Below are positions 35,924 through 46,300 of a stretch of 57,111 bases of DNA, one piece after another. The translations under genes and the position numbers were made by a program. The stretch comes from an archaeon. GTDB taxonomy: Archaea > Iainarchaeota > Iainarchaeia > Iainarchaeales > JAAZKV01. The notes beneath the pieces were generated by a model that searched no databases, was not told the DNA's origin, and saw nothing but the letters and a program-made list of their open reading frames with translations. Location: positions 1 through 57,111 of the forward strand of contig JAVHOV010000007.1 of assembly GCA_036170245.1 (NCBI GenBank), given 5' to 3'. Position 1 is the first letter of the stretch; the number at the start of each line of letters is the position of its first letter.

Positions 35924-37384
35924 TTAAAGCAGGCAGACTTTCTTGTCTTGTTTAGAATTCTTTTCTCCCCATTTTGTAGGGTAGTTTGAGTTAATGCATG
36001 CTCTGCATAAATCATTCTCATTTAATCCAATGGCTTTAATTAGTCCTTCCATTGTTTGGTATCTCACACTATTTGCTCCAATTTCAGCAGCAATTTCTTC
36101 TTCGCTTTTATTTGCTCCTATTAATTCTTTTCTTGTGCTCATATCAATTCCGTAGTAGCATGGAGAAATAATTTTTGGGCATGATACTCTAACATGTATT
36201 TCTTTTGGTTTGCCATATTTTTTGATATAATTTACAATATTTTTTAGAGTAGTTCCTCTTACAATACTGTCTTCAATCAAAAATACTTTTTTCCCTTCAA
36301 ATATTTGTCTTATCAGCATGAATTTTTCTTTTACTTTTTCTCCTCTGTCAGTTGCTTGGATGAATGTTCTTCCAACGTAACGGTTTCTGATTAATCCTTC
36401 TTTGAATGGTGCATCAATTCCTTCGCTAAATCCGTGTCCTGCAGGGGTGCTTGAATCAGGAACCGCTACTACAATCGTATCTTCATCAACAATTTCTTTC
36501 TCGCTTTTAGCAAGTTCTTTTCCCAAATTGTATCTTACATCATAAACTAATCTTCCTTCAATTGTGCTTGCAGGGTGTGCAAAATAAACCCATTCAAAAA
36601 AGCAGTGTGCTCTTTTTTTGCTTTCTGCGTATTGAACTAATTTATGCGAATTTTTTTCAATAACAAGTGCTTCTCCTGCTTTGATGTCAATTGGATTTTC
36701 AAATCCAATATTTTCAAGTGCTACACTCTCTGAAGCAAATGCAACTTCTCCGTCCTTTACCGCGTAGCACAAAGGTTTCATTCCTAAGGGGTCACGTGCA
36801 GCAACAATAGTTCCTTCTGCATTAATTATTGCTAAATTATATGCTCCGTCAAGTTTCTCACTTATTTTTTCTAACGCATCAGTAATGGTTTTGTTATCTT
36901 TTAGTTCTTTTGCAAGCAAAAGCAGAATTGCTTCTGTATCAGTTTTTCTCATCAAGTGGTAATTGTTATTTTCAAGTTCTGTTTTTAGGTGTTCATAGTT
37001 TGCAATATTTCCGTTGAAAGCCATTGAAAACCATCTGTTTTTTTTCCCATGCAAATGTTCAAAGGGTTGAGCGTAAGTTTCATCATCTCCTCCGCAGGTA
37101 GCATATCTAACGTGTCCTATTCCTTTGGTGCTTTCCATTTTTTGCATTATTGCCTTGAATTTTGCGTTGTGTTCTGCACGAAAAACAGTGTTAACTAATC
37201 CAATATCTTTGTAGGTTTTTAGAATTAAGTTTTCTGTAGGGTGGTAAGTTGTAATTCCTGCGGAAAGTTGTCCTCTGTGCTGCATTTGAACAAGCATTCT
37301 GTATAGTTCAATTTCTGCGTTCTTTTTTAAGTAAGCTCCGCAGATTCCACACTCTTCATGCATACGAGAAATTAACTTATCCAT
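35924..37384 (-). CDS. purF: Amidophosphoribosyltransferase (class II glutamine amidotransferase + PRTase)
   Basis: The N-terminal CGI nucleophile context MHEECGICGAY, GHVRYAT and the PRPP motif VFLIEDSIVRGTT. Confidence 0.85.
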   Translation of the reverse strand: MDKLISRMHEECGICGAYLKKNAEIELYRMLVQMQHRGQLSAGITTYHPTENLILKTYKDIGLVNTVFRAEHNAKFKAIMQKMESTKGIGHVRYATCGGDDETYAQPFEHLHGKKNRWFSMAFNGNIANYEHLKTELENNNYHLMRKTDTEAILLLLAKELKDNKTITDALEKISEKLDGAYNLAIINAEGTIVAARDPLGMKPLCYAVKDGEVAFASESVALENIGFENPIDIKAGEALVIEKNSHKLVQYAESKKRAHCFFEWVYFAHPASTIEGRLVYDVRYNLGKELAKSEKEIVDEDTIVVAVPDSSTPAGHGFSEGIDAPFKEGLIRNRYVGRTFIQATDRGEKVKEKFMLIRQIFEGKKVFLIEDSIVRGTTLKNIVNYIKKYGKPKEIHVRVSCPKIISPCYYGIDMSTRKELIGANKSEEEIAAEIGANSVRYQTMEGLIKAIGLNENDLCRACINSNYPTKWGEKNSKQDKKVCLL

Positions 37385-37465
37385 TCAGAATAAATACTCT
37401 TCCCCAAAATTGCTTTTTTTCAAAAATGAAAAGTATTAATATCCTTTTAGTGCTTAAATTTCAAT

Positions 37466-38374
37466 ATGAGCCCAAAAGTTTTAGTTGCTGGAAGTATTGG
37501 TCTTGATGATGTTAAAACTCCTTTTGGTGAAGTTAAGGGAGAAATTGGGGGTTCAGGAATTTTTGCTTCACTAGCTTGTTCTATTTTTTCCAAAACCGCT
37601 TTGATGGGTATAATTGGATCTGATTTTCCCTTAGAGAAATTAAAAATTTTGGAAAATAAAGGAATTGATTTGAGTGCAATTCAAAAGAGTTCTAAACCAA
37701 ACATGCGCTGGGTTGCGCATTATGATTTTGATATTAATGTTGCTCACACTGATTCATTTGCTTCCAATTCTTTGGATGATTTAAGTGGTGAAGTTCCAAA
37801 TAATTTAAAAAATATTAAATATGCTTTTTTAGGAAATTTTTCTCCTACCAAACAAAAATCTATTTTAAGTTCGTTTGAGAAAAAACCACTTTTAGCAATT
37901 TCTGATACAATGAATTATTACATTGGTTCAGAGAGAAGTAATGTTCTTGAGATGGTGAAGTATGCTGATATTGCTTTGATGAATGATGCAGAAGCTAGAC
38001 AGTTATTTGAAACTTCAAACATAGTTGTTGCTGCAAAAGAAATTATAAATGCTGAATCAGAATATGCAATAATAAAAAAAGGAGAGCATGGTTGTGGTTT
38101 GTTTTCTAAGTATGGTTATTTTTCTTGTCGTGGATTCCCTCTTGAAAATGTAAAAGATCCAACTGGGTGCGGGGATAGTTTTGCAGGTTCCTTAATTGGT
38201 TACTTAGCAAGTACAGAAGATTTTTCTGAAAAGAATATGAGAAAAGCTATTGTTGTAGCAAGTGCAGTTGCTTCATTTAATGCAGAATCCTTCTCTTTTT
38301 ACAAATTAGCCCAGATTACTAAAAAAGATGTAATGAACAGAGTTAAGGAATTTAAGGAATTTTCTAAATTTTGA
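37466..38374 (+). CDS. PfkB-family carbohydrate/nucleoside kinase
   Basis: The N-terminal GSIGLD, and the C-terminal DPTGCGDSFAGSLIGYL PfkB signature. Confidence 0.8.
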   Translation: MSPKVLVAGSIGLDDVKTPFGEVKGEIGGSGIFASLACSIFSKTALMGIIGSDFPLEKLKILENKGIDLSAIQKSSKPNMRWVAHYDFDINVAHTDSFASNSLDDLSGEVPNNLKNIKYAFLGNFSPTKQKSILSSFEKKPLLAISDTMNYYIGSERSNVLEMVKYADIALMNDAEARQLFETSNIVVAAKEIINAESEYAIIKKGEHGCGLFSKYGYFSCRGFPLENVKDPTGCGDSFAGSLIGYLASTEDFSEKNMRKAIVVASAVASFNAESFSFYKLAQITKKDVMNRVKEFKEFSKF

Positions 38375-38419
38375 ATTAATAATAGATAATTTAATATAAA
38401 ACATATTCTAACATTGTGC

Positions 38420-39022
38420 ATGGCTTCGACTCCAAAAATTGTAAGGCAAACTGCTAAACGAATTCGTAGAGAAGTTTCAAATTATTTTGGTTTTCCTGTT
38501 AGGGCTAGAGTAAATTTTGGTGCCGATAATTCTTCTCAAACATTTATGAAAAGGAGTAAAGCAAAAGGGGTTATTTCTCTTGATAGGGATTTAATGAGTA
38601 GTGGGAAAATTCCATTAAAAGAAGTGCGGAAAATATTGCGTCACGAATTCTTTCATGTAGCTGGTGATTCATACTTGCTTGAAAAAACATCTAGCACATT
38701 AGATATTTCTAATGAGGCGATTGCAATGGTTGCAAATGCAGAGCATTACTTTCAGGAGTCAAAGGATCCTAACATTTATAAAAAATTTATTGCCCATCAG
38801 GAGAATAAATTAAAGTTGGATCCTCCTCAAGATCCTTTGCACTTAGCAGGACTTAGAATAATGCTAAATATAATAAGGGAATATCCTAAAAAGAAAGAGA
38901 GGCAAATTTTTATTCGAGAATTACTCAAGCAAAACGTTGATGCGATTAAATATGCTCAAAAAAGGAAGTTGGATACTTGTTTAGTGAATCCCTTCGGAAA
39001 AATAATCCCTCAACTGAAATGA
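38420..39022 (+). CDS. Hypothetical protein with HExxH (putative zinc metallopeptidase) motif
   Basis: LRHEFFHVAG. No other family features recognised. ATG at 38420 is preferred over the TTG at 38414. Confidence 0.4.
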   Translation: MASTPKIVRQTAKRIRREVSNYFGFPVRARVNFGADNSSQTFMKRSKAKGVISLDRDLMSSGKIPLKEVRKILRHEFFHVAGDSYLLEKTSSTLDISNEAIAMVANAEHYFQESKDPNIYKKFIAHQENKLKLDPPQDPLHLAGLRIMLNIIREYPKKKERQIFIRELLKQNVDAIKYAQKRKLDTCLVNPFGKIIPQLK

Positions 39023-39093
39023 TTTTTAGTTGTTTTAATCACCATTTTAAATGTTTTGAACCAAGATTTTTCTTATTCAAGGTGTGACTAAAA

Positions 39094-40347
39094 ATGGATT
39101 ATGATGTAAAGGACATTAATTTAGCTGAACAAGGTGCAATGAACATAGAGTACGCTGAGACTCAAATGGGTGCGCTTTTAGAAATTAGAAAAAGATTTGC
39201 AAAAGAATTACCACTTAAAGGTGTAAGAGTGGGAATGGCTCTTCACGTTACTAAAGAAACTGCTGTATTAGTTAGAACTTTAATTGCTGGCGGTGCACAA
39301 GTTGCAATCACTGGATGTAATCCATTAAGTACTCAAGATGATGTAGCAGCAGCTTTGGCTAAAGAAGGAGTAAAAGTTTTTGCCTATAAAGGAGAAACTA
39401 AAGAAGATTATTACAAATACTTGCATAAAGTTCTTGATTTCAAACCAAACGCAACTATTGATGATGGATGCGATTTGATTAGCGAGATTCACACAAAACG
39501 AACTGAATTAATAAAAGATTTAATTGTTGGTACTGAAGAAACTACAACTGGAGTTATTAGAGTAAGAGCAATGGAAAAAGATAATGCGTTGAAGTATCCA
39601 GTAATTGCAGTTAATGATAACCAGACAAAGCACTTGTTTGATAATTATTATGGAACAGGGCAGAGTACTCTTGATGGAATAATGCGAGCAACTAATGTAT
39701 TATTCGCAGGTAAAACTGTTGTAGTAGTTGGTTATGGTTCATGCGGTAAGGGAGTTGCACTAAGATCAAAAGGTTTAGGTGCAAATGTAATAGTAACTGA
39801 AGTTGATGCAGTTAAAGCACTTCAGGCACAAAGTGACGGTAACAGATTAATGAAAATGGAAGATGCTTGCAAGTTAGGAGATATTTTTATTACAGTAACC
39901 GGAGACAAGCATGTAATTTCAACTCAACACATGAATAACATGAAGAATGGTGCAATAATGGCTAACTCTGGTCACTTTGATATTGAAATTGATGTGAAGG
40001 GTTTAGATAGTATGGCTAAATCAAAGAGAAGAATAAGGTGGCAACTTGATGAATATGTTCTTCAGAGTGGAAGAAAAATTTATTTGTGCGGTGAAGGAAG
40101 ATTAGTAAATTTAGCAGCAGCTGAAGGTCACCCAAGTGAAGTAATGGATTTGTCATTTTGCGGTCAGGCTTTAGCACTTGAATTTGGTGTGAAGAATAAA
40201 GGCAAGTTAGGAACTAAAGTTCATGTATTGCCTCAAGAAGTTGATGCAAAAATTGCAGAACTTAAGCTTCAAGCTCTTGGACTTCACATGGATGAGTTAA
40301 CTCACGAGCAATTGATGTACTTAGGGTCTTGGAAAGAAGGAACCTGA
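39094..40347 (+). CDS. ahcY: S-adenosyl-L-homocysteine hydrolase
   Basis: NAD-binding VVVGYGSCGKG, TEETTTG, GHFDIEID and a typical archaeal length (417 aa). AGGTG precedes the ATG. Confidence 0.9.
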   Translation: MDYDVKDINLAEQGAMNIEYAETQMGALLEIRKRFAKELPLKGVRVGMALHVTKETAVLVRTLIAGGAQVAITGCNPLSTQDDVAAALAKEGVKVFAYKGETKEDYYKYLHKVLDFKPNATIDDGCDLISEIHTKRTELIKDLIVGTEETTTGVIRVRAMEKDNALKYPVIAVNDNQTKHLFDNYYGTGQSTLDGIMRATNVLFAGKTVVVVGYGSCGKGVALRSKGLGANVIVTEVDAVKALQAQSDGNRLMKMEDACKLGDIFITVTGDKHVISTQHMNNMKNGAIMANSGHFDIEIDVKGLDSMAKSKRRIRWQLDEYVLQSGRKIYLCGEGRLVNLAAAEGHPSEVMDLSFCGQALALEFGVKNKGKLGTKVHVLPQEVDAKIAELKLQALGLHMDELTHEQLMYLGSWKEGT

Positions 40348-40438
40348 ATTTAGCAGGTTTTTTTCTTTTTGAATAACTTTAAAAACACTTCAAGGGAAAT
40401 TTTACTTATTAACTTCTAAAAGAAGTTAATATTTTAAT

Positions 40439-40509
40439 GGGGCATTAGTCTAGTGGTATGATTAGCGCTTTGGGAGCGTTAGGCGAGAGTCCAATTCTCT
40501 CATGCCCCA
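40439..40509 (+). tRNA. tRNA-Pro (anticodon UGG)
   Basis: Acceptor GGGGCAU/AUGCCCC, D-arm with GG, anticodon stem AGCGC/GCGUU, loop UUUGGGA, T-arm GAGAG-UCCAAUU-CUCUC, discriminator A. Confidence 0.8.
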
Positions 40510-40651
40510 TTTATTCTTATTTAAAATTCTACTTTTTTTTATTTTTAATCAATTTTTTCATTTTTAGGTTTTGACCGAACTGTAAGAATCTTCTTTTAAA
40601 AGGTTAGAATCTAATTATTATAAGTTAATTCCTAATAACGGAGGGAATAGT

Positions 40652-41440
40652 ATGGATAAGGTTTGCGATTGTAAAAATCACATTTGGATGCCGATCCTTG
40701 CAATTTTAGTTGCAGCAATTTTAATTGTAGCAGCTTTCAATGCGGGTTCAGTTTCAAATGACAGAGTTGTAGTAACTAATGATTCAACTCCTAACATTAA
40801 GACTCTTAGTGTTACTGGTAGTGTAACAAAAATGGTTACTCCTGATAAAGTTGATATTGTTTTGAGTGTTGAAACTCTTGACAAGTTAGCTACAAAGAGT
40901 CAGAGCGATAATGCAGTAATAGCTGATAAAGTTAAAAGTGTTTTAGAATCATTGAGTTCAGTTAGAGCTGAAGTAAAAACAGTTTCTTACTCAGTGAATG
41001 AAGAATTCGAGTGGAATGATTCAACAAAGAAATCTGATTCAATTGGATATAGAACAATTAACGAAATTCAAGTTACTTTGAAGGGCTCAGATATTTCAAG
41101 CGCTGGAAAAGTAATTGATTTAGCAGTTGGTGCTAGAGCTAACAGAGTTTCAAGCATAGTATTCGGATTAACAGATGCAAAGGAACTTGAAATTAGAAAA
41201 GTTGCTTTGAATGAAGCAAGTTCAACAGCTAAAGCAAAAGCTGATTCAATAGCACAAGGGTTGAATGTAACTTTAGGAAAAGTGTATAGTATAAGTGAAA
41301 ATTCATTTTATTACACTCCTTCAAATTACAAGAGTTATGACACAGCTTTAGGAGCATCTCCTGAAAATGTTTCAACTCCTATAGTTGCTGGTGACGTAGA
41401 AGTTACTGCAAGCGTTGGCGTACAATTCGAACTAAACTAA
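40652..41440 (+). CDS. SIMPL/DUF541-domain envelope protein
   Basis: N-terminal TM helix, then TLSVTGSVTKMVTPDKVDIVLSVE...SYSV...IVAGDVEVTASVGVQFEL, typical of SIMPL. GGAGGG precedes the ATG. Confidence 0.65.
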   Translation: MDKVCDCKNHIWMPILAILVAAILIVAAFNAGSVSNDRVVVTNDSTPNIKTLSVTGSVTKMVTPDKVDIVLSVETLDKLATKSQSDNAVIADKVKSVLESLSSVRAEVKTVSYSVNEEFEWNDSTKKSDSIGYRTINEIQVTLKGSDISSAGKVIDLAVGARANRVSSIVFGLTDAKELEIRKVALNEASSTAKAKADSIAQGLNVTLGKVYSISENSFYYTPSNYKSYDTALGASPENVSTPIVAGDVEVTASVGVQFELN

Positions 41441-41451
41441 ATTCTTTAAAT

Positions 41452-41473
41452 TGCTAGGGGTTAATCCCTAGCA
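41452..41473 (+). terminator. Hairpin plus T-run terminator after the SIMPL gene
   Basis: TGCTAGGG-n6-CCCTAGCA followed by CTTTTTCTTT. Confidence 0.5.
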
Positions 41474-41540
41474 GTTAATCTTTTTCTTTGAAAGTAATTC
41501 TTTAAATTCAGAATTGTCATATATATTTTAGGTGATTTAA

Positions 41541-42254
41541 TTGCCAGTTACTTTGAGAAGACATTTAGCAACAGTTAAAATTAAGGGAGAAAGAGTAGTT
41601 CCGCTAGGGGCAAAGAAAGCAGGGATTAAAGCAGGCAGAGGGTTGCTTAATAGGTATGGAGTAAATTTAGTTAAGAGTTATTCTAGTTCAGCTGAGAGAG
41701 CATTTCTTGGGGCAAAAACTGCTCAGAAGGCATTTGGAATAAAAAAAGGAAAGATTCCTGTTAGAAGTTCTATTAATTTTTCTAATTTTTTTGTTGATGA
41801 AAAGAAGGCAATGGAAGTTTTGGAAAAGCAATATGGGAATGATGAGGTTAAAGCAAGAGATGCTTGGCTAAGAGGAGATAATTTCAAAGGATCACTTCAT
41901 CCAGCAAAACAGTATGCTGAAAATATTATAAAAAACAGATTTGGTTTTGCTTTGGCTGCTGAAGCAGGAAAAGCTGGGGCAGGAACTAAAGGAGTTCCAA
42001 GAAGAGTCTTAATGGATAATGTGACTCACTCATGGATTATTGAGTCAGTTGTAGCAAGATTAACTAAAGGTATGAAGCGTGCTCCAAAAATGGTTGGGCT
42101 TCCAAAAGAAACAACTGGTATTGAAATGACTTTCAAAAAACAACCTAATGGAAAGTTTAAAGTAAATATGAATTATGAAGAATTTGCTGGCGATGTTACA
42201 AAGAACTTTGCTCAGTGCATGCCTTCAGCAGTTAAGAAATACTTGGACCTTTAA
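41541..42254 (+). CDS. Hypothetical basic protein (TTG start)
   Basis: 237-aa K/G/A-rich ORF. AGGTGA lies 6 nt upstream of the TTG. No family recognised. It is immediately upstream of the giant PEP-utiliser gene. Confidence 0.4.
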   Translation: MPVTLRRHLATVKIKGERVVPLGAKKAGIKAGRGLLNRYGVNLVKSYSSSAERAFLGAKTAQKAFGIKKGKIPVRSSINFSNFFVDEKKAMEVLEKQYGNDEVKARDAWLRGDNFKGSLHPAKQYAENIIKNRFGFALAAEAGKAGAGTKGVPRRVLMDNVTHSWIIESVVARLTKGMKRAPKMVGLPKETTGIEMTFKKQPNGKFKVNMNYEEFAGDVTKNFAQCMPSAVKKYLDL

Positions 42255-42362
42255 ATCCAAGTACTTTAATTTTTTCTAAAAAGCAGTTATTTTTTTTGCT
42301 TTTCAAGTGGATTAGAAATCTTTAATAAATGAATTTTAGCATAATTCTGGTAGTGTTTGGTA

Positions 42363-43304
42363 ATGGAATCGGTTCTTTTGAAATGGTTTAGTAATCTTTC
42401 AAAAGAGAGCGTTGGCGAAGCTGGTGGTAAAGGAGCTTCTTTAGGAGAAATGACTAAAGCAGGTATTCCTGTTCCTAATGGTTATGTTATTTTAGCTTCT
42501 TCTTTTGAAAAGTTTTTAGAAAGTACAGATCTTAATGTTGAAATTGATTCAATTTTAGAAAAAGTGAATCATAAAGAAATGCAGTCAATTGAGAGTGCTT
42601 CTGAAGAAATTCAAGCATTGATAATGAATGCAAAAATGCCAAAGGATATTGAGAAAGAAATTGTTATTAGTTTTAAAAAATTGGATTCTGTTTTTGTTGC
42701 GGTTCGTTCAAGCGCAACTAGTGAAGATTCATCAAGTGCAGCTTGGGCTGGACAACTTGACAGTTTCCTTAATACAAAATCAGATACTTTGCTTGAGAAT
42801 GTAAAAAGATGCTGGGCATCACTTTTCACTCCAAGAGCAATTTTTTACAGATTTGAAAAAGGATTGCATGATGCAAAAATAAGTGTTGCAGTTGTAGTTC
42901 AAAAAATGGTTAATTCAGAAATCAGCGGAATTGCTTTTTCAGTTCATCCTGTTACTCAGGATAGAAATCAATTAATTATTGAAGCAGGTTTAGGTTTAGG
43001 TGAAGCAATAGTTTCTGGGCAAATTACTCCTGATTCTTACGTTATTGAAAAAGTTCCAAGAAGAATAATTGATAAAAATATAAGCGAACAAGAGAGAGGA
43101 TTATTTAAAGTTGAAACTGGAGGAAGCGAGTGGAAAGAAAATCTTCCAAGAGGAAAAGAGCAGAAACTTTCTGACAAACAAATAATGGAACTTGCTGAAA
43201 TAATTTTAGGAATAGAAAAGCACTATGGTTTTCCTTGCGATATTGAGTGGGCATTTGAAGGTGGAAAGTTTTTCATAGTTCAGTCAAGACCAATTACAAC
43301 TTTG
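42363..43304 (+). other. Domain: PPDK_N-type ATP-grasp nucleotide-binding domain of the giant ORF
   Basis: The motifs listed for the parent CDS. Ends at QSRPITTL. Confidence 0.8.
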
Positions 43305-46300
43305 ACTGACAAATCAAACGATAAAGAAATGCCTAGTGTAGTTAAGGCAAAGGAAAGTGAAAAGAAAGCTGAAGTTGAAGTAAAAAGTACAAAAAAAGAA
43401 GAAAATGATTTAACTTGGGCAAAGAATTATTTGGAATCAAATGAATTTGATATTAAGGAAGCAAGGTTTGCAATTCCTGTTGTAGAAATAATTTTCTCAG
43501 TGTACGCTAAACCAAATTGTTTAGGGGATGAGTATGGTCCTGTGTTTGTCCCTTATTCAAATCAAAAGGGAAAACAGATTCTGCATCTTGAAAATTATAA
43601 GAACCTTGAGAGGCATTCTTGGATTGAAGCGATTAAGAATAGAAAGAAATTTATCAAAGTGCTAAAGGGAGCTACAAAGATTCAGAAAAAGATTAATTCA
43701 ATTGCAGTTCCTATAGATAAGCTTTGCAAATTGAATCAGAAGAAACTTCACTCTTATTACAAATCTTTGGTAAAGCTTTCACTTGCGTGGTGGGAGTATG
43801 GTTCAATTGCTGAGGATAAGGGTTTGGTTGTTGAAGAAAAATTAGTTCCATTAATAATGAAGAATCACGCTGTGTCAAAAGAAACTGCTTTTGAATATGT
43901 TTCTGACATGACTACTCCTCTTGAAATTTCTATTTTCAGTAAAGAGAGAATGAATTTTTTGGATCTTTGCATAAAGGTAAAGAAGAATCCAAAACTTATA
44001 GAAAAAAGAGATAAGAAATTCTTTAAGGAATTAAACAAGTATTCAAAGAATTACTTTTATGCAAGAACCTCTTTTTACGAAGCTCTTACATTAAACGAAG
44101 GAAATTTGGTGAAGCTAATTAAGGATACAATTGAAAAGAATTCTTTTGAATCTCTAAAAGATGAATTCACTAAATTTTCTATAGGAATTAAACACTTAAA
44201 GGAAAAACAAAAAGAGTACAAAAAATTATTCACTCCAACAAAGGAAGAGAAGGATTATTTGTGGTATTTTACAATAATGCACTCTTGGCAGGATGAGAGA
44301 AAAGTAAGTATGATGACTCACTTCAATTACTTCTGCGAATTATTAAGAGAAGTTTCAAACAGAACAAAAGTTGATTATGATACTGTTGCTTTAATGACCC
44401 TTGAAGAAGTTGAATCATTGATTCTTGGAAAAAAGCTTGGCATAAAATCAATTGAATCAAGAAAAGAGGGATTGTTTTTTGTTTATAAAAATAATAAAGT
44501 TCTTCGCTTCTTTGGTGAAGATGCAAAATCATTAGTGGAATCAATTCCTTCTGCAGTCAAATCAATGGATTTAATTCGTGGAGCAGTTGCTTGCAAGGGG
44601 AAAGGTGGAAAAGTTAGAGGTAAAGTTAGAATAGTTCACAATCCTGCAAAAGATGTTTTCAACGAGGGTGAAGTTTTAGTAACAACAATGACTCGCCCAG
44701 AGTTTGTTCCAATAATGCAAAAAGCTTTGGCAATTGTTACAAATGAAGGTGGATTAACGTCCCACGCAGCAATTGTTTCAAGAGAGTTAGGTATTCCTTG
44801 TGTTATTGGAACTAAAGTTGCGACTCAAATTCTAAAGAATGGTGATTTAGTTGAAGTTGATGCGGAAAAAGGAATTGTAAAAAAAATAAGTGAAAAAAAT
44901 GATTCTGCAGTTTCTGACTTAAAAAAAAATGATAATGGATTTGGAAAATTAAATAATTATTATTTAGTTGATGGAAAAGAAAAGGATAAATTAATAGCTG
45001 ATGCAAAGAAAATAAAATGGAAATATTGGTTGAATAGGCCCTATACAGTTTTTTGGGCAACAACTTTTTGGAAAGGAGTGAATTCAAAGTATTTTTCAAG
45101 AGCAGGCTTTGAAGGACTTGGAGCTGACAGTAATCTTTACCAATTCCCTGACATTTACGTTGATGAGGATTTTCATAAGAAAGGTGCAGTTTTCATAGAG
45201 AATTATTTCAAGAACCATAAAATGAGTGATCTTTCAAAAATGCTTTTTGAATTGCATAAAGATCATTTAAATAAATTGAAGCAAATTGTTGAAGATAAAA
45301 ACAAATCAATTTCACAAAAGACTTTAGAGTCTTCTGAGCTTATTAGGGATTATATTCCTTATTTGTGGATTACTATTCCTCTTGAAGAGTATTTTAATAA
45401 AAGAATTGTAGCAGAGGTTCCAAAATATATCAAAGGGGATTATTCAAAATTCATTGGGGACGTTAGTATTCCAAAGAAAAAGAATGCTTATGTTTTAATG
45501 CAGGATGAATTAAGAAAACAAACTCCTCTTGAAGAGGTTCAAAAGAAATTTGGATGGATAAAGTCAAGAGATGGTTTCACTGATTTTTACACTGTTGATG
45601 AATTGAAGGAAATAAAAGAGAAACTATCTGATTCAGTTTCTCCTAGTGTAAATGTTCCAAAAGAATTGGCTAATCTTGTTGATGAGTTAAAAGAACTTAC
45701 TTTTTTTAGAGCAGACAGAACTGACAAGTTCTATGAATATTTTGGAATTGCTCGTCCCTTTCTGAAGGAAATTGCAGAATATATTGGAGTGGAATTTAAG
45801 GAACTTGCTGAGTATGATGCAAATTCAATAATTTTGGGTAAACCTATTAAGTATTCTCAAAATTTTAATTATATTTCCATAAACAATGATTACTGCCTTG
45901 AGTCAGAAGAGAAATTTATTGATTTTAGTGCATTGATTTCAAATGAAGTAAAAGGAATTGTTGCTTTTAAGGGAAAAGCCAGGGGGGCAGTAAAAATAGT
46001 CACTCATCCAAATGATGTGAAAAAAGTCAATGAAGGGGATATTTTAGTTTCCCAAATGACTCTTCCATCATTTATTTCTGCAATGCAAAAAGCCAGTGCG
46101 TTTGTTACTGATGAAGGAAGTATTACTTGTCACGCTGCAATCATTGCCCGAGAGATGAAAAAACCTTGCATAACAGGAACAAAAAATGCGACAAAAGTTT
46201 TATGTGATGGAGACTATGTTGAAGTTGATGCAGAGAAGGGAATTGTTAGAATTATTTCAAAATCTAGTGAAAATACCTTGCTTGGAAGGATTGAATATAA

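Noticed and set aside
38420-42254. Possible paralogy between the HExxH protein (FPVRARVNF) and the 237-aa basic protein (IPVRSSINF)
   Set aside because: Only one short shared motif was found, the HExxH motif is absent from the second protein, and the motif sits at different positions. That is insufficient without an alignment search.
44879-44929. A8 (44879-44886) and A9 (44921-44929) homopolymers inside the giant ORF as frameshift sites or gene boundaries
   Set aside because: The reading frame stays open through both tracts, and the flanking protein sequence is continuous (KKISEKNDSAVSDLKKNDNG linker). They are worth checking only as potential sequencing-error hotspots.
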